From Octopus vulgaris (taxonomy: Eukaryota): a DNA stretch of 64,000 nt. The stretch spans positions 94,736,001 through 94,800,000 of the forward strand of contig OX597817.1 of assembly GCA_951406725.2 (NCBI GenBank), in the 5' to 3' direction. This document shows, one piece after another, positions 41,575 to 55,557 of the stretch (positions are counted from its first letter, which is position 1; each line of letters opens with the position of its first letter). A program made the translations under genes and the position numbers. The notes beneath the pieces are model-generated. The model saw only the letters and a list, made by a program, of their open reading frames with translations. It ran no database searches and was not told where the DNA came from.

Positions 41575-42000
41575 CTATGTACATGGATGACTTAAAGCTC
41601 TTTGCAAAAAATGACCAACAACTCAAGGGCATAATAGCGATTGTTAAACAATTCAGTGATGACATCAGAATGCAATTTGGCCCCGATAAATGTGCAAAAG
41701 CTACTTTTATCAAAGAAAAAATGACGGAAACATCTAACGTTAACCTTGACCAGCAGAATGTCATAAAAGAATTAGACCCAGCGGAGAGCTACAAGTACCT
41801 AGGGGTAATTGAAGGGGACGGAATAAGGCATTCAGTGATGAAGGAAAGGACCAGGAGAGAATGTTATCGCAGAGTAAGAGCAATACTCAAGACAGAGCTG
41901 AATGCGAGAAACAGGATTGAAGCGATCAATGCTTTAGCCATACCAGTCATGACTTACAGTTTCAATATAGTTAACTGGTCAATTACTGAAATATGTAAAA
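41575..42000 (+). pseudogene. R4/Dong-type RT fragment
   Basis: YMDDLKLFAKND...FGPDKCAK...YKYLG...ILKTELNARNRIEAINALAIPVMTYSF, homologous to 57356-57922. Confidence 0.88.
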
Positions 42001-42004
42001 TATG

Positions 42005-42285
42005 TAAAATATACGAAGCCCAGTATACCCATCATGACTACCCGTCTGATAAGAGTACACTAGGCACATACATCACAACCATATGTACGCGACATGGTGA
42101 TCTCATTTCAAGATAAACAGCACATGACCTTGCAGGTGGGACCCAGTCGGGTAACCCGTTTTCTGGTCGAGTAACCCATCCTGCTCAAAAGGTCCCTGAA
42201 TAAGGGTTGATTAAGGATGTTGAAAAAACATCCATTGTTTCCAGAGGTGAATTATTCAAACACCAAAGAATCCCTCTCAGCACAT
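42005..42285 (-). mobile_element. Partial copy of the (TAA)n-associated non-coding repeat
   Basis: aaaatatacgaagcccagtatacccatc... matches ~27511-27790. Confidence 0.85.
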
Positions 42286-42899
42286 AAAAGTTGGGCAATA
42301 AGGAAACATTTAAAGTAACAACACAACTAGCAAGTAGAACAGCTACAACACCATATTATATAACATATAAAAAAGCAATATCAAAAGCCATTCAAATATG
42401 TACAAAAGATTTAAATATACTTTAATATTTCATGAGATGTTAAACTACTGCGATCTTGTCACTAATACACACAGTTTCCACTATTATTGGAGTAGTCTTG
42501 TAGTGACCGTTTCGTAGCGATGTCACGAAAATTTTGCCATCTCAAGAAATAAATGAAAGTGAATGTTGCAGGATGTGTGTGTGTGTGTGTGTGTGTATGT
42601 GTGTGTGTGTGTGCGTGTGCGTGTGTGCGTATGCGTGTGCGTGTGTGCGTGCGGATGTGTGTCTTCCTCAGTGGCTAGAATGGTTTTTCCACGGTGTAAT
42701 TGCTTCCGTTCTGGCACTCGGTCTCAGAACAAGTCACTTGCCAGGCAAATACAATTCCGAAATATTACAACAATGACAAAAGACTTCAAACAGAATCACC
42801 AAAAACAATAACAATAATGAGAATAACAACGGCAACAGTAGCAATAATAACGACAAAAACTGCAAGAACAACAATGACAACTAACAGTAGTAACTATGC

Positions 42900-43060
42900 C
42901 GACCATATATCAAACAAGTCACTCTATGGATCTTTACCGCTCGTCAGCCAATCAAGCAAAGACAGCTAAAATTCGAAGGCCACTGTTTTCGTCGAACAGA
43001 TCGACCTGTTACTGCGTTTTTTCTATAATCCCATGGGGACCTTCAATCTTAGTAATCAAG
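42900..43060 (+). pseudogene. RTE/RTEX-like LINE C-terminal fragment
   Basis: HISNKSLYGSLPLVS..KQRQLKFEGHCFR across a frameshift. Confidence 0.5.
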
Positions 43061-43790
43061 CCCACATGACATATGTCCACATGATGTATGCTCACATGAT
43101 GTATGTTTGGGAACATATGCGGGACTCAGAACTATGCACTGTTTCAGAGTTGGCACATGCAATATCATTTCGCACAACCTGAAAGAAAAATACTCTCGAG
43201 TTGGAGTCGATGTCCACAAGTGATGTGGAACAAACTTAAAAAGAAAATTGGCAAAAACAATAACAAGAATATTTGGGTGAAGGTGGGGAAATTTCGAGAA
43301 AAGTGAAAGAAAGAGAGAAATATCAGGAGCTACAATAACATCAGAAACATGAAAAATAGTAACAATCACGCCAGTAATAAAAGGCAGTAGTAATAACAAC
43401 AAAAAGGCACAGAAACAACATTAAAAGCAACAAGAGGCACAGGAACTATAGCAACAACAGAAACAAAAATAACAACAACAATGAACAACATCAAGAAAAA
43501 AAGCAACGACAATAAGAATATTATTAATAATAAGACCAGCAAATTGAAACAACAACTGCAATAATAAAATTTCAATAATAAAGCAAATGTACATTACCAT
43601 CAGCAACAACCATATCAATGATACTAATCTCAGTATAAACAACAAAGACAATATCAAGGGCAACAATATTATCGATAGCAGTTTCAAGGCAAGCAACAGT
43701 AACAAGAACAGCGATATGAACAACATTTCAATGAAAGCTAAGTTAAACAATAACAACAACAATGATAATAATAATTTCAAACAAATGGCA

Positions 43791-43987
43791 CAAGGCCAGC
43801 AATTTGTGGGGAAGAAGTAAGTTGATTGCATCGATCCCAGTGCTCAACTTGTACTTATTTTATCGACTCCGTAAGGATGAAAGGCAAAGTCGACTTCGGT
43901 GAAATTTAAAATAAGAACGTAAAGACGGACGAAATGTCGTAAAGCATTTTTTCCGGCGTGCTAACGATTCTGCCAGCCCACCGCCTT
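43791..43987 (-). mobile_element. SINE (family C) with Meta/MESC-like core
   Basis: Reverse complement aaggcggtgggctggcagaatcgttagc...gtcgactttgcctttcatccttacggagtcgataaaataagtac; homologue at 52822. Confidence 0.75.
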
Positions 43988-44023
43988 AACTACTACTACT
44001 ACAACAACAACAACAACAGCAAC

Positions 44024-44105
<82 letters not shown>

Positions 44106-44949
44106 GGCTAATGGCCTCTGGCTTAAAATCTGAAACAGAGGGGTTTATCATAGCAGCTCAAGATCAATGCCTACCAACAAGAAACTACCAGGCCAACATA
44201 TTAAAGAACGGCAGTAGCCCAACATGTCGTGTATTTCAACAACAAAATGAAACCATTGATCATGTTGTCTCCAAGTGCAGTCTTCTAGCGCCTACAGAGT
44301 ATCTCAGCAGGCATGATAGAGCTGCACAATATATTCACTGGGTAATTTGCAAAAACCTGGATTTGCCCCATGAAAAGAACTGGGGGGAACACAAACCACC
44401 TCCAGTGCTTGAAAATGACCACATCTCACTCCTCTGGAACTTCACCATTCAAACTGACAGAAAGATAGATGCAAATAGGCCAGACATCATATTGAAAGAC
44501 TTCAGACAAAGAACATAAACGTATCTCTTAAGACCTACCAAAAACTGAGCAAATATAAAGATCTTGAAATAGAAATCAGCAAAATGTGGAACCTGAAGAC
44601 TAAAACAATACCTGTTGTCATAGGTGCCCTGGGAATGATAGCGAAAGGGGCTGATTGCTACCTAACTCAGATACCAGGAAACCCCAAAATGGCAGAAATT
44701 CAAAAGATAGTGCTCATTGGAACTGCTCATATCCTACGCAAAATACTTTCTATGTAATCTCAAGGTTTAAAACAAACAATTTTTTTTTAATTTATTTATT
44801 AGACATTCACTAGTACAACACCAAAAAAAAACCAAATATATGGCACACTAGGCATAACAACAACGTGAACTTCCAATCTGTTGTCTCTTGAGGTCTCTGG
44901 GTGAGACTTGGAGCCAACTTGTACAAATATAAAGCAAAAGTCAAACATA

Positions 44950-44950
<1 letters not shown>
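44106..44950 (+). mobile_element. 5'-truncated R4/Dong-type retrotransposon (zinc knuckle + restriction-like endonuclease) in (TAA)n
   Basis: GLKSETEGFIIAAQDQCLPTRNY, CRV...ETIDHVVSKC, RHD, ANRPDII, KYKDLEIEI...HILRKILSM*; (AAT)n on both sides. Confidence 0.9.
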
Positions 44951-45035
<85 letters not shown>

Positions 45036-45069
45036 GATAAAGATCCTCTCTGAGTTATATAGACTCATA

Positions 45070-45285
45070 AGGATGATTTCCCGGTTTCCGTGGTCCATAT
45101 ATTCCTCACCTGGGCGGGATGCCAGTCCGTTACAGGATTACTCATTTTTTCCAGCTAAGTGGGCTAGAGCAATGTGAAATGAAATGTTTTGCTCCAGAAC
45201 ACAACGTGTCGCCCGGTCCAGGAATCAAAACTACAATCTAACGATCGTGAGTCCAACACTGTAATCATTAAGCCACGTGTCTCTC
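45070..45285 (-). mobile_element. tRNA-headed SINE related to the family B head
   Basis: Reverse complement acgtggcttaatgattacagtgttggactcacgatcgttagattgtagttttgattcctggaccgg...tgtgttctggagcaaaacatttcatttcac. Confidence 0.65.
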
Positions 45286-45683
45286 CAATGATAGCAATGG
45301 CAACAAATTAATAATTATATTAATGACAGTAATATTATAGACAAGGCAAACAACAACAGCAAAGACAAGAAAGACAATAAAATGAACAAGTTTTCATCGC
45401 AATTGCTACTACGACATCCCACAAACACTAATAAATACCACCACTACAACATAAATATGATTATATCACTATTACAACCACTAATACAACTATCACAGCA
45501 ACACCATTAGCACTACCACAACATAAACATGACAACGCAACTACACCGCTAACACAACTTTCACGATTACAATATAAGCATATAAGCGTGACTACAATAA
45601 TTCTATTGCAATCATTAATATTACAACTACATCAGCATTACACACAAGCACGCGCACACACACACACACACACACACCTTTAC

Positions 45684-45716
<33 letters not shown>

Positions 45717-47055
45717 TACACACAGAGTATCACCTCTACAACTGCTACTCACTGCAACATACACCTTGATCGCAGCAACAGAACTATTACCATACTATGA
45801 AGGCATTAAAACAACCACATCAACAACAGCACATCAGCATAGCCTCAACAGCACAGCTGCATCCTCGACTAAATTGTGAAAAACTGTGGTAGCAGCAGTA
45901 TTGTTGTTGGTAGTGGTGGTGCTAGCGGTGGTGATGTTCACAGAGTGAACTAAGATCAATGGCGTTCGAACCATGATAATCCTATCAACTGCATATACAT
46001 AACTACCTTATCCGATCTCCTCTTTTCAATACACAGGTATGTGATTTAAAGGAGATTGAGCTACTATCTCTAGCAGATCGAGCGGTCACGTGTTATTGCT
46101 TTTATTGTTTAGCCCCAGGTCAAGCCTGAATGAACAGACCTATGATAAAAACCATTACAGCTGGGACATCTGTGTTTTGTCTATGAATGTGCCATAAAAG
46201 TCCTTTATTGTTGTAAACGGTGGGCACTTGGCGGCTCTTTCTAACAGACCGAGCGACCACATAGAGGTTCTGCAGTTAGGTTGTTAAGAGATGGTGATGA
46301 TGGTTGTGAAGGTAATGGTGGTAGTAGTGATGCTGGTGGAAGGAGGTAATGATGATGGCGGTGGTAATTTGTTCATCTTCAAGTGATTGAAGAAACGTAC
46401 CAGCATGAAAATACGTAAGCAAAAATATTCGAAGACACGTCGAGACGTTAACGGTTGACAATACATCGTGATTTGATTGGTTACCGAAAAGAACGATGAA
46501 AATAGATCATGTTAACATCTATTCATTATCATGAGCTATGTACATGTGTGATATGTTCAAGTCTTCATTGCCATGTACAAAACAAAGAAAACATGTGACG
46601 ACGGAAAGCTACCAGTGCATATGCAATCTTAATGTTGATGAACATATGTGTTTTCGAATTTTTGGACTATATTTCAGGACACGGCAAATCCAATATAGAA
46701 GAAATTTGTTAGGTTGTTTGTAGTTAGAAATTCCTCAATAAATAAGCGATAGCCGCCTCTGCAAGTATTCAAAAATTCAGATCTTTTGTTCAAAGCTGTA
46801 AATCTTTACAATACAATGTCATCCTCCTCCTGAGATATATAACGCACCACCCGGATGATTTCATATAGGGACTGCGTGTTCACCAATGTATCTTATAGAT
46901 TACTGTCCTTTAAATTCCAGATACATTTAAATAATAAATTACTAGAGACTTATTCTGATTGTTGGGAGAAATATTTGTCAAAGGATTTACAGTGAGCCTT
47001 ATAAAGCATTTTATTTCACTGTCATCTACAAGAGGGACGTTAGCTTTATATAAAA

Positions 47056-47414
47056 ATGGCAGTATCGCCCAGCGTTGCTCGGGTCTGTTTCGACCCTTTA
47101 GAATTGGAATTTTTGAAAAGTAAAAGTTTTGCATTATGTAGTTGAAATACACCGAAAAATGGCGACACAGCAGTCAAAAACATCGTAAAAAATAGGGATT
47201 TTCATAGAAAAAAAAGCACCTTTTTGATGTAAATAATTTTTGGTGTTAACATGGTCCGATTTGAACTTTTTCTTCTACGGAAGGAAGAGCAAGCCTTCTT
47301 CTATCATACTTTCAATTTTGGTCAACTTGCGCCGCAGGGTCTTGGAGTAGATAGTGTTAGTTGAAGGCTACCAAACCTGCCATACACAGACAACTTCAGC
47401 TTTATATAGAGAGA
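47056..47414 (-). mobile_element. Non-autonomous Helitron
   Basis: Reverse complement starts tctctctatataaagc and ends with hairpin cccgagcaacgctggg-cgatactg and a mutated CTAG; same end architecture as the 29653 element. Confidence 0.65.
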
Positions 47415-48050
47415 TATGTTTAGGAAAAACACGTACTATTGAGAAGACAAGTATTAGGGCTGTGGAAGGATAAAAGGCTTGCGTATGCGTATTCTTACAA
47501 GAACGGTTTCTTCTAGTTATGCTAGCTCTGGAAACTGCGGCATTTTTGTGCAACTGGAGCTCACTTAACGTTCTTTTTGTTTAGGGTATTTTGATATATA
47601 TATATGATATACGTATCGTCTATTGGGAAAAATATTTATTTACATCATGTACACAATTACTAGCCGAACATTTTAAATTACAAGGGGGATTCCGCGTTAT
47701 AATACCATATTTTATGCTTTTGCAGTTAAGATGGAATATCAGTGTCGTTCTGTGTGTAATATATTTTATCTATGAAATTAATATATTTTAAATGCGTGGT
47801 CATACTGAGCTGCGCTAATAAAGATTTTGCGTTACATAATGTACTGGCTATATGCTTATATTGCGAAGTTTTTCGGAAGGTGGAGATTGTTGGGAGATGG
47901 TTGAAATTTATATTAATATACTACAATTTCTCTTTAAGCTATATGTACATTTGTTTTAACCTGTCTTATTTTCATCGTAATATTTACTAATATTTCATTT
48001 CATCGAAAAAGACGTATTTTGTTTAAGAATGCATTTTGCTGTGTGTGTGT

Positions 48051-48206
<156 letters not shown>

Positions 48207-48252
48207 GTGTGTGTATGTATATATGCATGTATGTATGTACACGTATATACAC

Positions 48253-48513
48253 ATCGGCCCGGGAACAGGAGATGCAGGGAGTGCAAGCGTACCCCCTAGA
48301 ATTTTTGTTCGGTGCAAAATCAAACTTACTTTTATCAGGTTTAGAAAACAGTGAATAAAAAGAGATCTGTAAAAAGTAGCTGGAAGTTAGGTTTCCTCAC
48401 AAAGAACAAAATACAAAAATAAATAACAGGAAAAAAAATCAAGACATTGTTTGTAACCTTGTTTGTAAAGCGTTTTGAACCTTAGTGCACCCACTAAGCA
48501 AATTCCCGAACTA

Positions 48514-48516
<3 letters not shown>
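48253..48516. mobile_element. Possible MITE remnant
   Basis: Weak terminal inverted similarity catcggcccgggaa / ttcccgaactagtg between microsatellites. Confidence 0.3.
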
Positions 48517-48565
<49 letters not shown>

Positions 48566-48678
48566 ATGTATGTGTGTATGTATGTGTGTATGTATGTATG
48601 TATGTATGTATGTATGTATGTATGTATGTATGTATGTATGTATGTATGTATGTATGTATGTATGTATGTATATGTATG

Positions 48679-48734
<56 letters not shown>

Positions 48735-48960
48735 ATGGGATTATAAGTTCAGCAAACAATTTAGATTCAAATGAATATGGTACTTAATTTAGATGCACCA
48801 GAATTTTTTATGGTATTACCCATAAAAATATGCGGGGTGATTATAATTAAAAATAAGCAACAAGAATAAGCAACAAGAATGGATCCGGATCCATTCTTGT
48901 TGCTTATTTTTGATTTGTGTATATATATATATATATACATACATGCATATATATAGATAG

Positions 48961-49114
<154 letters not shown>

Positions 49115-49966
49115 CAGGGTGTGGTGAATAAACTATCGCCTAAATTACGCAGAAATGAAAATAACACTGACGTCTCATTTTAACAGACATATTTAACAAA
49201 ATTACAGAAAAATATCTTGAAATACTAAAGAGAAAATTTATTAAATCAAATCGCCAATGGCTTCAACCACAGCTTTCAGACGACTTCAGTATCTGCTGCA
49301 ACTCGTCTGGATGGTCTCTGTTTAAGTTGGTGAATGCTGCCATAATCCTTGCCTTCAGTTGATCTTTGGTGTTACAAGGAGTTTTGTTGGTTTCCCACTC
49401 AACGGCGCCCGACATATTCAAGGGGGTTGCAATCTGGGGAGTTAGGTGACCACATGTCAGGAGTGATGTTGTCGCAGAAATAGTCTGACAGCCATGTGTC
49501 ATGGTGTAGAGTCCTGTTGCCAGACATAGGTCCAGCATCCACCATCTTGACTCAGGGCAGCACTACCTCCTCAAGACACTTGATGTAGGCCTCCGTGTTG
49601 AGTTTGAGGCCGTGTGGGAAGGTAAATGGAGGCATAACGTCGCCATCACTAATGATCACTTCAAATACCGCGATGTTGACTGGATGTTTGATTTTTATCA
49701 CTCTTGGTACATGTCCTCGGATTACACTGTTCTCAGATTGACACCCAAACACTTTGCAATGTTCGTAATGGAGCTTCCGGCTCAAATGCCAAGCAGTACA
49801 GCATGTCGTTTCCAAATTTCTGGCAGAGTGAATTGCGTCATGATGCTATTTTTCTCACAGAAGGTGCCCAACTGCCCCTACTATACTGTGTATCAACAAA
49901 ATCAAAAACAATGTGTATGCGTGAAATAAAAAATCTAAAATAGCGACAACTTACCAATCGCACCCT

Positions 49967-49967
<1 letters not shown>
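49115..49967 (-). mobile_element. Tc1/mariner-superfamily (maT/DD37D-like) transposon, internally deleted
   Basis: TA-cagggtgtggtgaataaactatcgc / gcgacaacttaccaatcgcacccta-TA; minus-strand KHPVNIAVFEVIISDGDVMPPFTF..LNTEAYIKCLEEVVLP and WSPNSPDCNPL. Confidence 0.85.
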
Positions 49968-50024
<57 letters not shown>

Positions 50025-50034
50025 ATAACTTGAA

Positions 50035-50360
50035 TATAGAAATATACAATTAACAGTCCAATAATTTATTTATATTACAATATTACATTAATTACTATGA
50101 TTATAATATAACATAACATAATAATATATAACATAAATAATTATAAAAACTATAAAAGGCCAACAAATTGTGACCCTGAAGTGACTTTATATATAATGGA
50201 TCTGTGATTACGTATATCAGAAAAAATATATATGTCGAAGCAATTTATGGTTTTTATAAGTATTTATGTTATATAATATTATGTTATATTATATTCATAG
50301 TAATTAATGTAATATTGCAATATAAATATATTATTGGATTGTCAATAGTATATCTCTATA
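50035..50360. repeat. Imperfect ~120-bp inverted repeat enclosing a decayed hammerhead-like core
   Basis: 50035-50156 pairs with 50244-50360; the loop contains ctgaagtga...gtcgaagcaattt. Confidence 0.75.
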
Positions 50361-50505
50361 TTTAATTTTTCTTTATAATTGAATTATACCAATATGTACA
50401 TCCAACCGATTTACCAGTGAAATGAATGTTTAACACACCCCTTTGAAGGATTTCTTTCCCCCAGTTTATTACTTTATATGTATATGTATATATACATATG
50501 CATGC

Positions 50506-50581
<76 letters not shown>

Positions 50582-51039
50582 ATGTGTGTGTGTTCATATC
50601 GTCTCTAGCAAGTACACGTATACTTCTACTCTCCGTTATTTGTCTGAAGACTTAATCCAAACAATTAACTTGTACTTTTTTCATTTACCTTTCGCACCGT
50701 TCTTGTTTACTTGTTCCACTTATTGTTTTGTGTTGCTTTGCCTTGCTTTATTTTCATCGTAATTTGCTACTAATATTCTGTTTCTTCGAAAAAGATACAT
50801 TTTGTTTAAGAATGCATTTTGTTATTCTCTTCGGACTAAAGGAAATTGCCCTAATACGTTTCACGGTTCGTTAACTATTAATCATGGGTACAGACTATAT
50901 GATATAAGATTTTGCATCATAGGAACATGCTTTCATGTACGATATTCTAGTGTACGCTAAGTTTTCTCTATGTAATCTTCGTGTTGGCCAATAACGTGTG
51001 CGACTTTGCAGGTAGAAACTCTCTAGAGGCGAATCATGA

Positions 51040-51084
<45 letters not shown>

Positions 51085-51123
51085 GGCGTGGGCGTGCGTG
51101 TGTGTGTGTGTGTGTGTGTGTGC

Positions 51124-51156
<33 letters not shown>

Positions 51157-51972
51157 TGAGTGTGAAAATCATATCGATATGATAAATACCAGACTGGAAT
51201 GGGGTACCGAAATCAATATAATGGGTTGGAAAATCTTGAAGAGTAGCTCCAGTATGGCCGCACTCCAATAAGTGAAAGCAATAAAAGAGTTAAAGCATTT
51301 GCCTATCTGTGTTTATGAGTATCTGCACAACTGCCTCACACCTGAGAAATTCTCAATAGGTAATACGTTTTGCATATGAAATATAAATCTGTTTAGCATG
51401 AATGTTAGCAAGTTTCCATTCATAATTATAATATTCACAATTAGTTCCGTCATATCTATTAGAAGGAATTTAAAAACTAATGCTTAGTATCTATCACCGT
51501 CGTTGGAAATAGTTTTGACTTTGTTCCAGAGAATATCTATCTATCTTGTACAGGTGATAGCTAGTGCTGCCACAGGAAGCGGAGTAGAACTCAGTGCTCT
51601 CTTTTACCTCGCTTCCTCTTGTCTTAGATTTGATGAAATTCAAATCAATACATCATGAAAGACATGACACATAACTTGTCAAAATGTATTTTATTTGGTG
51701 AAGTGGCTATTTAGACACAAAAAGATATCGACAGCTTCACGCCCTCTTATCCTTGGCCAATCGGAACATCCAGGATATGACAGCTGGGGAAGAGTACTCA
51801 ACCAGTATGTATTTCAACTGAGTAGACATGATATGAAGTTTCTTACTCAAAGACACAATGCACCATCAGGTGTATGTATGTGTGTATGTATGTATATATG
51901 TATGTATATGCGTGTGTGTACATGTGTGAATATTATGTACATACATAAATATACACACATATATGCCTGCTT

Positions 51973-52062
<90 letters not shown>

Positions 52063-52589
52063 GTCCCTTCCATGGTAAAATTTACTTTGTTTAATATTTC
52101 AATAATCAGTTGACTATATAACATTAATTATCATGCTGATCACGTCTATTGTTAGTTTATAAAGTTTCAATTGACTTACCTGTTGTCTGAGGTTAAACCC
52201 TGATCTGTAACCGCTTCCTCACTGTTCCGTACACAATAGGCTGACCCATTGCAACCTATCAAGGATAGAACAGATTGCTATAATAAAAGACCAGATCAGG
52301 AAAACAGACAATGAATACACTAATGAGAAACCTTTTAGTTACTTGTAACTAATATGTGTATGTGTGTGTGCGCACGCGCTTGTGATTTGACTGTAGCAAC
52401 AAAGTTTTTTTTTATGTATGTTATGACCGAATATCCTGTACATACATGCTCATATACATAAGAGTAGAAACAAACCTTTTTTGAAAATAAAAATTTCATG
52501 AAATTTTTCTGTATTACTCCACATGTATTGGGTTGTTTTTATTTTTTGTTGCCTGTACTCCAGTACATTAGGTTCGGTGTTATTATTAT

Positions 52590-52820
52590 TTTGTTTAGGC
52601 ACAACAGACCAGACTACTGGAAAGAATAATGCCTAACGCCAGTCTAACTTTAAATGCCAAGTATCTTCCTAAGTATCTTAGCTGTTCCTAATAGCACTGT
52701 TTCCTGGAGCTGCACTAAACTGGGTTTTATGCTTATTTCTTCTATCCATTTGTTCAAATCTTTAGGGATAGTTCCTAATACACCTATAAGTACAGGGATA
52801 CATTTTACCCGCACTTTGGG
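52590..52820 (-). pseudogene. 3' end of another R4/Dong-like family
   Basis: IPVLIGVLGTIPK...LQETVLLGTAKILRKILGI*, homologous to 56306-56545; short (TTA)n adjacent. Confidence 0.75.
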
Positions 52821-52821
52821 T

Positions 52822-53090
52822 CCATTTCGTCCGATTGTACATTCTATGTTCAAATTCCGTGGTGGTCGACCTTGCCTTTCATCCTTTGAAGGTCGATGAA
52901 ATAAGTACGAGTCAAATACTGGTGTCGATGTAATCGACTATTCCCCTCCCACCAAAATTTAAGGTGTTCTGCCTATAGTAAAGAGAATTATTAATGTTGA
53001 TTTCAAATTTAATTTTGACACAAGGCCAGCAATTTTGGGCGGGGGGAAATCGACTACATCGAGCCCAGTCTTCAACTGGTACTTATATTA
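52822..53090 (+). mobile_element. Family C (Meta/MESC-like) SINE fragment plus an inverted partial copy
   Basis: gtcgaccttgcctttcatcctttgaaggtcgatgaaataagtac; 53020-53090 matches 43791-43860. Confidence 0.7.
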
Positions 53091-53310
53091 TGATGAGGAT
53101 TATTAATATGATTATTACTTTTATTCTTGATATACTTGTTGCCTTTATTGCTATTGTTCATCTTAACACTTTATTATATGTCATTTCTCTCTTGTCTCTC
53201 GTTTCTTTGATATTTTTCGTCCTTGTACTATGTCTTGAGGCCTTGTAATCAATAAAAGAAATCCTCATTATCTTCATCATCGTTGACATTATAATTATTA
53301 CTTTTATTAA

Positions 53311-55407
53311 CCTTTAACGGGTGGAAATCTTTTTCATACACTAAGGGTCGAAATGGGTCATTTTGACCCGTAGCCCTTTTTTAATTTTAATGTGCATCAG
53401 ATGACATTCATTGTTCTTTTCATTGTCAAAAATGTTTGTTTCGAACACAGAAACGAAAAAAGGTAATTATTCATCACAATGAACTGAAATGCACTTTAGT
53501 ATTTTTATTCCTCACAATCTTTGCTGGTTGGAGGTCCTTGGTGCTCCTTGTACATTGGTTTGACACATTTTGAGCAACACGTGTTTGTCTTGTGACCTTT
53601 TCCAGCACAGAATATTATCGAACTCTTCGTCCATCTCTTGGGATACCTTCATCAGGATGTACATGAACTAGTGGAATATTCATTCCCAATCTAGAAGCAC
53701 AGGTTCCAATAGTCTTTTGCAACTCCTGTATTCCAGTTCAACTTTGCAAACGTATTTCAAGTTGTTCCCTCATAAGTTCTTTTCCAAATGATCTCAAAAC
53801 ATTTCTTCGAGATCGTAGACTATCCTTCTCGTTATTCCAAATGTATATCACAAAGGAATTCAAGCAAACTTTGTCCAGGAAGGAATAGAACAATGACATC
53901 GGCCATCGGTCCGTGCGTCTGGAGCAAGACGTAGCAGCACATTTTTTTGTCAGCAGTGTCCACACTGTTTTTAGTGACATTGTAGAATGTCACTACTGAA
54001 AGTATCTATTTGTGTCCAGTTAATTTGTCAATGCTTGCACTAAAATGCATCGTAGGCAGCAATATAACTGCGTTTTTTTTTCTTAGACACATATAAAACA
54101 GTCATCAAATCTTTTCGGAATGCGAACTTGGAACTGTGAACCTCTCGATATCTCTTCGGCATCATTTCTGGTGAATGTCTGGGTTTTTTCTTCTTCATCG
54201 TTCCAACGAGAGTTTCTTTGTTTTTCAAGAAATTTTCAGCTAATGGTACACAATGGTATATTAATCGTTGGCGCAGCTTGATGTCATATGGTTTATTGGA
54301 AAGCTGGAATGGACCATCAGGCTGTTTTCCAGGGTGCATTTCCATATTGCATATGTAATTAATTTGGGCGTCAGATAAGCATTGCAGCTTTATTCCATAT
54401 TTAGTAGGTTTTAGAAGCATGTTTTGGACAAATCCACATCTGCCTCGAAATACTTCTTGAGCTTCGTCGAGAGTCAAATGCTCTGTAAGATTGTACGTCT
54501 GACGAAAAACTGCCACCACCCTTTCAAAAATGTCTCGAATTGGAGCGAGACGGTCGGTTGCACGCTGCTCATCAAAACGCATTTGACTTAGGAGAAATTT
54601 GAATCATCTCTAAAACATCACGGATCACAAGTCCATTCCAGTTCCTACAGAATTCCAAAAGTTTTCAATGTCGTGTCGAGAAGCTTTCTCAGTTCCAGAG
54701 ATGACTATAATTCCCAAAACAGCCGAAATTTCCTAACTAGTCGTTTCACCAGCACAGTATTTGGAATTGTATTGTTCCTTGACCATCTCAATTCTTTGGT
54801 TTGTATGATCTGTAATTTCGTTTATCAAAGCTGGGGGTATGAACAGGTTAAAGATTTCCAAAGGAGATTTTGGACTCATTGCAACGCCAATCGCACTCGG
54901 TTCTCCTGTCCTATGTTTTGGGCTCCGTGTTGCACATTGAAACGAAAACTCAACTCCTGACTTTGCACGCAGGGCAGAACACCTTCTCCAAGGACGTAGG
55001 ACGCTTTCACTATTCTCATCAGAACTTGATAACTCTTGTTCTGACTTGGAGTCATGGTCATTTTTCTCAATCAATTCTTCTTCGGATTCAGAATCACTGA
55101 ACTCATTCTCAAAGTCAGAAAAATCTGAATCACTTTCCAGCAATTCTAGCACACGTTGTGATGTCATTTTTCAACCTGAGAAAGTAAAAAGTAAAAGTAA
55201 AATAATCTAACATTCAGAGTCTAAATGAGTCAAAATGACAGATACATAAATAGTAGATCACTGGAGAATAAGTGCCACAAAAAACTTTTCCAATTTATTA
55301 AGAGAGGCAGCTAGAGGAAAGGGTAGACAATTTCAACTAACAGCGCAAAAATCAGAACGAAAATGTGCCTTCATGAGTCAAAATGACCCATTTCGACCCG
55401 ATAAAGG
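53311..55407 (-). mobile_element. piggyBac DNA transposon (defective)
   Basis: TTAA|cctttaacgggtggaaat at left vs atttcgacccgataaagg|ttttaa at right; internal inverted repeat gggtcgaaatgggtcattttgac. Confidence 0.88.
53500..55167 (-). pseudogene. piggyBac (PGBD-like) transposase, frameshifted
   Basis: Acidic N-terminus; FNLFIPPALINEITDHTN; DRLAPIRDIF; LTLDEA..FRGRCGFVQ..KPTKYGIK; VGTMKK; RRTDRWPMSLFY; Cys-rich C-terminal remnant near 53600-53520. Confidence 0.9.
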
Positions 55408-55521
55408 TTTTAAATGCAGGAAAAATTAGTAGTGTGTCAGATAAAATCACCAAGATCAACTTCACGTAATTGACTAATGCACTTTAATCAAAATTGCTGG
55501 CCTCTGCCAAAATTTTAAACA

Positions 55522-55554
<33 letters not shown>

Positions 55555-55557
<3 letters not shown>

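Noticed and set aside
42500-42550. Minus-strand GAAACGGTC resembling a hammerhead 3' half
   Set aside because: No recognisable CUGANGA box or helix I
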